Below, piece after piece: positions 56,993 to 64,000 of a DNA stretch of 64,000 nt. The translations under genes and the position numbers were made by a program. The stretch is taken from positions 17,918,001 to 17,982,000 of the forward strand of contig OZ024745.1 of assembly GCA_964016885.1 (NCBI GenBank). The letters are read 5' to 3'. The notes under the pieces were generated by a model. That model saw only the letters and a program-made list of their open reading frames with translations, searched no databases and was not told where the DNA came from. This DNA is from Eledone cirrhosa (taxonomy: Eukaryota). The first letter of the stretch is position 1. Each line of letters begins with the position of its first letter.

Positions 56993-58008
56993 GTGAATAA
57001 AAGAATAGATAAATAAATTTAAAAAAAAAAAAATATATATATATATAATGTAGAATAAAAAAATAAATAATAATAATAGGAATAAACTAGGTGGGACGGA
57101 AATAAATGGACCCGTATAAGTGCGTGTATCGTACGGTGACGGGTCAACAAAGGGGGGGGCCAGAATACTAAAGAGACTACCACGAAAATAATAAAGGTTT
57201 CTACCCCAATCACAGGGCCAGCAACCACCCAGTGCAAGAACCTGAATTATATTCTCGTACTAGTTTTTTTTCTTGCACTGGGTGGTTGCTGGCCCTGTGA
57301 TTGGGGTAGAAACCTTTATTATTTTCGTGGTAGTCTCTTTAGTATTCTGCCCCCCCCCCCCCTTTGTTGACCCGTCACCATACGATACACGCACTTATAC
57401 GGGTCCCTTTATTTCCGTTCCACCTAGTTTATTCCTATTATTATTATTTATTTTTTTATTCTACATTATATATATATATATTTTTTTTTTTATTTATTTA
57501 TCTATTCTTTTATTCACTTATTTGTTTATTTATTTATGTATTTCTTTATTTGTTTATTTATTTATTTATGTATTTCTTTAGCCTAGCTATAGCGAGAGAC
57601 TTATGTCTTAGTAACCAGATTTTGCTTTTTTTTTTCTCTCTCCGTACCTTTTATAGTTTTACCTTTCATTGCTCTGCTTACCGTTTCGACCTCCTCCCCC
57701 TCCCCCTCCCCAGTATCCTCTTTGACCTCACACCCAGCTGTAGCTGGCACTACCAACGCATGAATGGGTCTACTCCACCCCCTCTCCCTTTTTCTCATAC
57801 CGGCAGGTTTAGTTACCCATTCCCCCACCAACTTGCCATCACAGATTTACTACTAACTTGTGATGTGACCAATCCTGGTGATTATCTCTTTGACCATATA
57901 TGGAATTACCCCTTGATAAGTTCGGCTATTTAAATACCAGAATAAATTTTCATTCAGTACAGAATTAGCCGTCGAAACGGGTTGAGCTCAGCCGTCGTGG
58001 TCTTACTT

Positions 58009-58011
<3 letters not shown>
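56403..58011. mobile_element. Divergent inverted pair (~750-bp arms) of a non-coding PLE-type terminus, in (TA)n
   Basis: 56489-57240 is the reverse complement of 57270-58011, with a ~30-bp spacer. The left arm has an extra ~85-bp tail (56403-56488). Confidence 0.88.
57908..58001 (+). ncRNA. Hammerhead ribozyme with variant core UUGAUAA (mirror copy at 56499-56592, minus strand)
   Basis: acccc-TTGATAA-gttcggcta...tagccgtc-GAAA-cgg(c/g)t-tgagctc-agccg-TC-gtggt; other family copies have ggggt in stem I. Confidence 0.65.
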
Positions 58012-58085
<74 letters not shown>

Positions 58086-58088
<3 letters not shown>

Positions 58089-58783
58089 TATTTTACGTTG
58101 TGTTGTAATATAAATATTACACACAGTAGATTATCAGCTCACGTAGAGTTTGCTCGACGGTTCCAGTTGTAGTTCCAAAAGTAATCCGGAGAAAAATAGA
58201 AAGTTTTGAATGGATACAGTTTAGTTGAAAGGAATTTATTGACACGTGTTTCTATAACAGTTACATAACCTAAAACAGCTGCTATCTACAAACTTTTAGT
58301 TATGCAGACATTCAATATTTCAATGTTATTATTTACTGTCATTTCATCAGAATAATATTACTGAGGACCTATTTAGTTTTTATAGAGAATATTAGGAGGG
58401 AGGGGTGAAGTTGTTAGAAGAATAGTTGAAGGAGTGGTTTTTCGATAGCAGTGAGAATTCTTGGTGGCAGTGAGTAATTAGATTCCCATCTGTTGTTTTG
58501 ACATTTTTTATAGAATATATTATTGGTTATTTTTCTAAATCTATAGAAGGATTAGAGATAGTAAAGATATGCGTGGTTGGTTTTGTGTTTGCACTTAATT
58601 AACATTCAGACTTAAATTTTTCTTTCAAGTCTTTCTGATGAAATGACAGTAAATAATAACATTGAAATATTGAATGTCTGCATAACTAAAAGTTTGTAGA
58701 TAGCAGCTGTTTTAGCTTATGTAACTGTTATAGAAACACGTGTCAATAAATTCCTTTCAACTAAACTGTATCCATTCAAATCT

Positions 58784-58787
<4 letters not shown>
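58086..58787. mobile_element. PLE-type terminus (minus strand) plus inverted partial copy, in (TA)n
   Basis: 58201-58352 is the reverse complement of 58633-58785. On the minus strand, TATAAAAA..TCAGT precedes the HHR. Confidence 0.8.
58236..58355 (-). ncRNA. Type I hammerhead with ~90-nt extended stem II
   Basis: Reverse complement reads ttatt-CTGATGA-aatgacagt...actgttata-GAAA-cacgtg-TC-aataa. Confidence 0.65.
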
Positions 58788-58876
<89 letters not shown>

Positions 58877-58999
58877 CATTCATATATATATATATATATA
58901 TATGTATGTCCCCCACTCTCAGGCGTGAACCTAATATTAACACTTTGTACTGCCTCTCCGCTTCGTTTTTATTTTGTTTTTTGTTTTCTGTATTAACTA

Positions 59000-59065
<66 letters not shown>

Positions 59066-59531
59066 AGATACATACATTAAAAAAATACATACATATGAAT
59101 GCAAAAAGCAAACAGAAATAACAAAGCAAACGACAGAGTACAGTGAATAAATATGTTATTGATTTTACGCTTCATATAGTAGGAAAAGAGTCTTTACGTT
59201 TCGCACGCTACTCCTTCGCCAGATAAAGGAATAAGAAATTAAAGAAGTAATAGAGAATCTAGGACACTGGGCAATGTGAGAAACGAAAAAATATTTTCTA
59301 GGGGAAAAGCAGGTCGATCAGTCCGGTATAATTTTCTACTCACACAAAATCGTTTTTATCACTATTTAACGTATTATTGTGCACTCAGCTTTCCTTTGTA
59401 TAGTAATGATACTGACTTAAGTAAACCATTGAGTGAGTGGGAAAATGAGCGAAAGTAGATGTATATATATATATATAGTTCGGATCTAGCTGCCGAAACG
59501 GCCGGTGATCAGCAGTCAGAGACCTGGAACT

Positions 59532-59595
<64 letters not shown>

Positions 59596-59982
59596 TTATT
59601 TATATGGATGGATTTATGTATGAATGTATGTATACATATCAGAGAATGAACGGTTATCAGTATGTGCTATATTCCTATATATTCCTATATATTCCTAAAT
59701 GTAATATATTCCTATATTACATTTCCAGACCACATGGTCAGCAGGCAATGGAAACTTACATTCGTTTCTACCTAAGATCCATTGGAAGATAATGTGAAGG
59801 AAAGGGAATTACATTATGAGTCGAATATATTATTATTATTCTCAGATTTATCTGACGGTATTCATTAGTATATAGATAAATATGTGAGGTTGGCTGGTTT
59901 ATTTACGTATATATCCGTGCTTATATTGAGATTGATTGCAGCACCACGTCTATATCATGAATAAATGTTTCATGAAATATAT

Positions 59983-60032
<50 letters not shown>

Positions 60033-60242
60033 CATAAATTTCATTTGTTTTCTGATCGTTCCGATCTTGATGTTGGATTGAATTTCTATCATACGTTTTT
60101 AATCAGATGTGGTTTTAATTTCTCACTACGATATTCATTGTAATATTGAAGCATATTATTGCGAGTTCTGTGTATCAGAAGAAAATGAAAAACCAATTTC
60201 TTTGGCAATGTATAACTAAAAGTGAATCGGAATGTATATATG

Positions 60243-60275
<33 letters not shown>

Positions 60276-60383
60276 GGGGGAGAGAGAGAGAGAGAGAGCC
60301 AGAGAGGGGGAGAGATGTGTTTAACTCCGACCGTGATGCCAAGCAATTATGGCATGTGTGTGAGTGTATACATAAATATAAAT

Positions 60384-60419
<36 letters not shown>

Positions 60420-62121
60420 ATTGGAAATATAGTGAAAGAATCAACAGTACTAAACTGATACTTATTTCATCGAGATCGAATCTAGGGAAGTCAAAGTTGA
60501 CCATGGCGGTATTTTAAGGCAGGGGGCAAACAGCCTGAACGAATACCACAAACTAACCGACGTTCTAGCGACTTTGACAATTCTCCTTATATATATACAT
60601 ATATATTCTTTGGGTCAACAAATATTTTTGTTCCTTGGCGTATTATTAAGTAATGTCTCATAAATATCATTAGTTATTACATTATCATTCTAGAAAGAAT
60701 TGATAAATATTACCACCGTTTTATTAGAAATTTATAATTATCAAACTTACCTGAATATGTAATGATGTATACCGAAAATATGTTAATTATTCGGTTATTT
60801 TTTATTAATTTTTCAATTCATTTGGCATGTAATTTTAAAATTGTTTACAATTTAAGATATTGAGCAGACTTTGGAAATGCTCTTCATTAAGCTACTGTAG
60901 GTTCGGCACAATTTCCCTCCAACCAATATTTCACATTTTAAATAAGTTTTAATTGATTCAAAATACTGCAGTAACAATTCTATTCAATAGAAACCGCTCT
61001 TAGTCAAGCTTCCAATTTGGTTATACTGAACACGATGAAATATATTTCAATGGCACCGGAAAAGCACCGATAGCTGAGTATTATGCATAGAAAACAGAAT
61101 TTAAAAGAAATATTTAGAGAGCTCATAAAAATGTAAGTGCTCGCTACTGATGGTGATTTGAACTCAGGAAATGGAAATTAAAATTCCATGGCTATTCATA
61201 TCTTTAATTTAGCTATACTAGAGTAAAACTAATCAAATTTTATACAATCAGTTAACTGAAAATAACTACAAATATATAGACAATTGGAAAATATTGGGAG
61301 ATTTCATATTAAAGTAGAATTCCAGTCCAGAATGCGACAAAAAACATTTATTTGATTAGAAATGCAGCGAAGGGTAAAATTTATGACGAAAACTTTCTTT
61401 GCAATGACTTCAAAAGCGCAAATAATTAATAACAAACAAGAATATAAAAGCTCTGATTAAATCTATTTATGTTTAACATTAAATAAATGCGATTATATTT
61501 ATGTTCATTGAATACATACGTGTTTCAGCATATAAAGAAATTCGAATTTTGTTGCTAAATCGTATAAATGAATACCAAGAAAAACGCAACAAGACATGAA
61601 CAAGCTACTACCAAACAAACAAACAACCATTGTGCATTACTTATGATTTACAATTCCTGACCATATAGATCTTAGCTGTTTCAATTGAATTATTATTCCC
61701 ATTTATATAATGAACATAGAAAAGCCAAATTGTTCAAAACCACAATACTTTTCAATAGTTCATGATTATTTTCATTTTCGGATCTTGTAAATGATTTCTA
61801 GTTATAGGAAAAAATATTCCATTCCCTATTTTACTTTACATATGCAATTCTTTAGTTTTCAAAGGCGTTTTCTCTGAATACAATTGAAGGAATCATCAAT
61901 GGAGTGTCTTTTTGTTGTTTGGATTCTTTTTACTTTTTTGGTTTTGTGGTTTTAGACATAGTATTAATAAATTAATTTATTAAACTTGGCACAAATCCGT
62001 TTAATATTTACTTCTTTCAGTAATGATTAGAGAAATTTTATTAGCATTAACTAAGGAAGAAATACAATTGAACATCGCTAGATGTTTTATTTATTTTCAA
62101 TGTAAACAACACCTAGATACA

Positions 62122-62717
<596 letters not shown>

Positions 62718-63291
62718 CATATGTACATGTAAATATATAAATGCGTCTGTATCTATGTGCATTTGGCTATATCTGGAGTTGTCGGTGTCGCTATGTTTGA
62801 ATATATATTACTGTAAATTGAACAAGCGATGCATGTTCAGAAACCAAACAATATATGTGTATGCATATGTATATCACCTTCATATATATATAGGTTTAAA
62901 TATAAATCATGCGTGAGTATGAAGGTTTGTTAATACTTTTCAATAGATATAATTATTGCTGTATTTGCATATAGCCAAAGAGATTCTTTAGATAATTTTG
63001 TAAACAGATCATCTTTCAATATTATTTTGTAGCTACTTGTTTCAGACTCCAGGTAAAATCCTTATAAATGCTATTTCTTACTGATAATAATGGAATGTTC
63101 GTTTCTTTATATTGGTTCCTCTTGTGGTTCGTTTCAAGAAACTATATATTAAATATTACTTTATGTTTTTATCCATATCCAATTACGATTGCATTCGTAA
63201 ATATGTGACTGGACAACCTTTATTTTAATATAATATTTGATTCAGTAAGCGGAGAGTTAAACAGCCGGTTTCATTTATAAAATATATAATG

Positions 63292-63451
63292 GGGAGTAAT
63301 GTAATAATAGCATGAATAAATATAAATGTTCATGTATGTATAATCGCACACAAATACACACATTATATATATATATATAATGTGTGTATTTGTATGCGAT
63401 TATACATACATGAACATTTATATTTATTCATGCTATTATTACATTACTCCC
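63292..63451. repeat. Near-perfect 160-bp palindrome centred on (TA)n
   Basis: gggagtaatgtaataatagcatg...cacat-(TA)n-atgtg...catgctattattacattactccc. Confidence 0.9.
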
Positions 63452-63456
63452 ATATG

Positions 63457-63557
<101 letters not shown>

Positions 63558-64000
63558 TTAGTTATACTATTTATGGTTATGTAAACACAAAACCTTAAGC
63601 AGTTGTAAGCATTTTACACACACCCTAAATAGTGGTAGGCAGTAATGTATTACTACCTTATTACCAGTAAGTTAAGTAGCTCAATGTAAAAACATCAGAT
63701 GATTTACAGAGCAGTTATATGAAATATAAGAATCAAAGAACTGTTCAAAACATTATTGTGCTTACAGCTGTTTCCTCCAAACCGAGGTTTGGATTCTTCG
63801 GAGCAATTTATTAATGCATGGACAGTTATATGACCTCCTTTTCAGCCGAGAGACATACCAAATACATATTCAAACATTGATACATATTCAAACATTGTGG
63901 GTCAACATTCATTACAGAATTTAGAGTGGCAGTACACACTTCGAGATTACATTTATATTACAAGCAAAAATCAAAGATATAGGTTAAAGTACAACATGAA

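Noticed and set aside
59185-59530. Partial hammerhead-like strings (minus strand CTGGCGA..GAAAcgTA at ~59185-59226; GAAAcggccg at ~59498)
   Set aside because: Core mutated or half missing, and stems do not pair convincingly.

Overview
AT-rich, microsatellite-dense eukaryotic (animal) DNA made almost entirely of transposable elements; no host protein-coding gene is supportable. The SINE types and (TA)n/(CA)n/(GATA)n density suggest a cephalopod such as Octopus (inference). Contents: (i) Tx1-type non-LTR retrotransposons (two near-full-length, one 5'-truncated), all inside (GATA)n tracts in the same orientation, plus an older fragment; (ii) a decayed Penelope-like element (PLE; RT + GIY-YIG) with a downstream hammerhead ribozyme (HHR), and a second PLE fragment; (iii) many type I HHR motifs in non-coding elements sitting in (TA)n tracts, usually as divergent inverted pairs; (iv) a Helitron, SINEs, an inverted RTE fragment and several (TA)n-centred palindromes. 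The most notable system is a family of non-coding 420-467 bp HHR-bearing units (retrozyme-like or PLE pseudo-LTR-only), including a very young 3.1 kb palindromic array at 26.7-29.8 kb. All motifs were read by eye; none were confirmed computationally.
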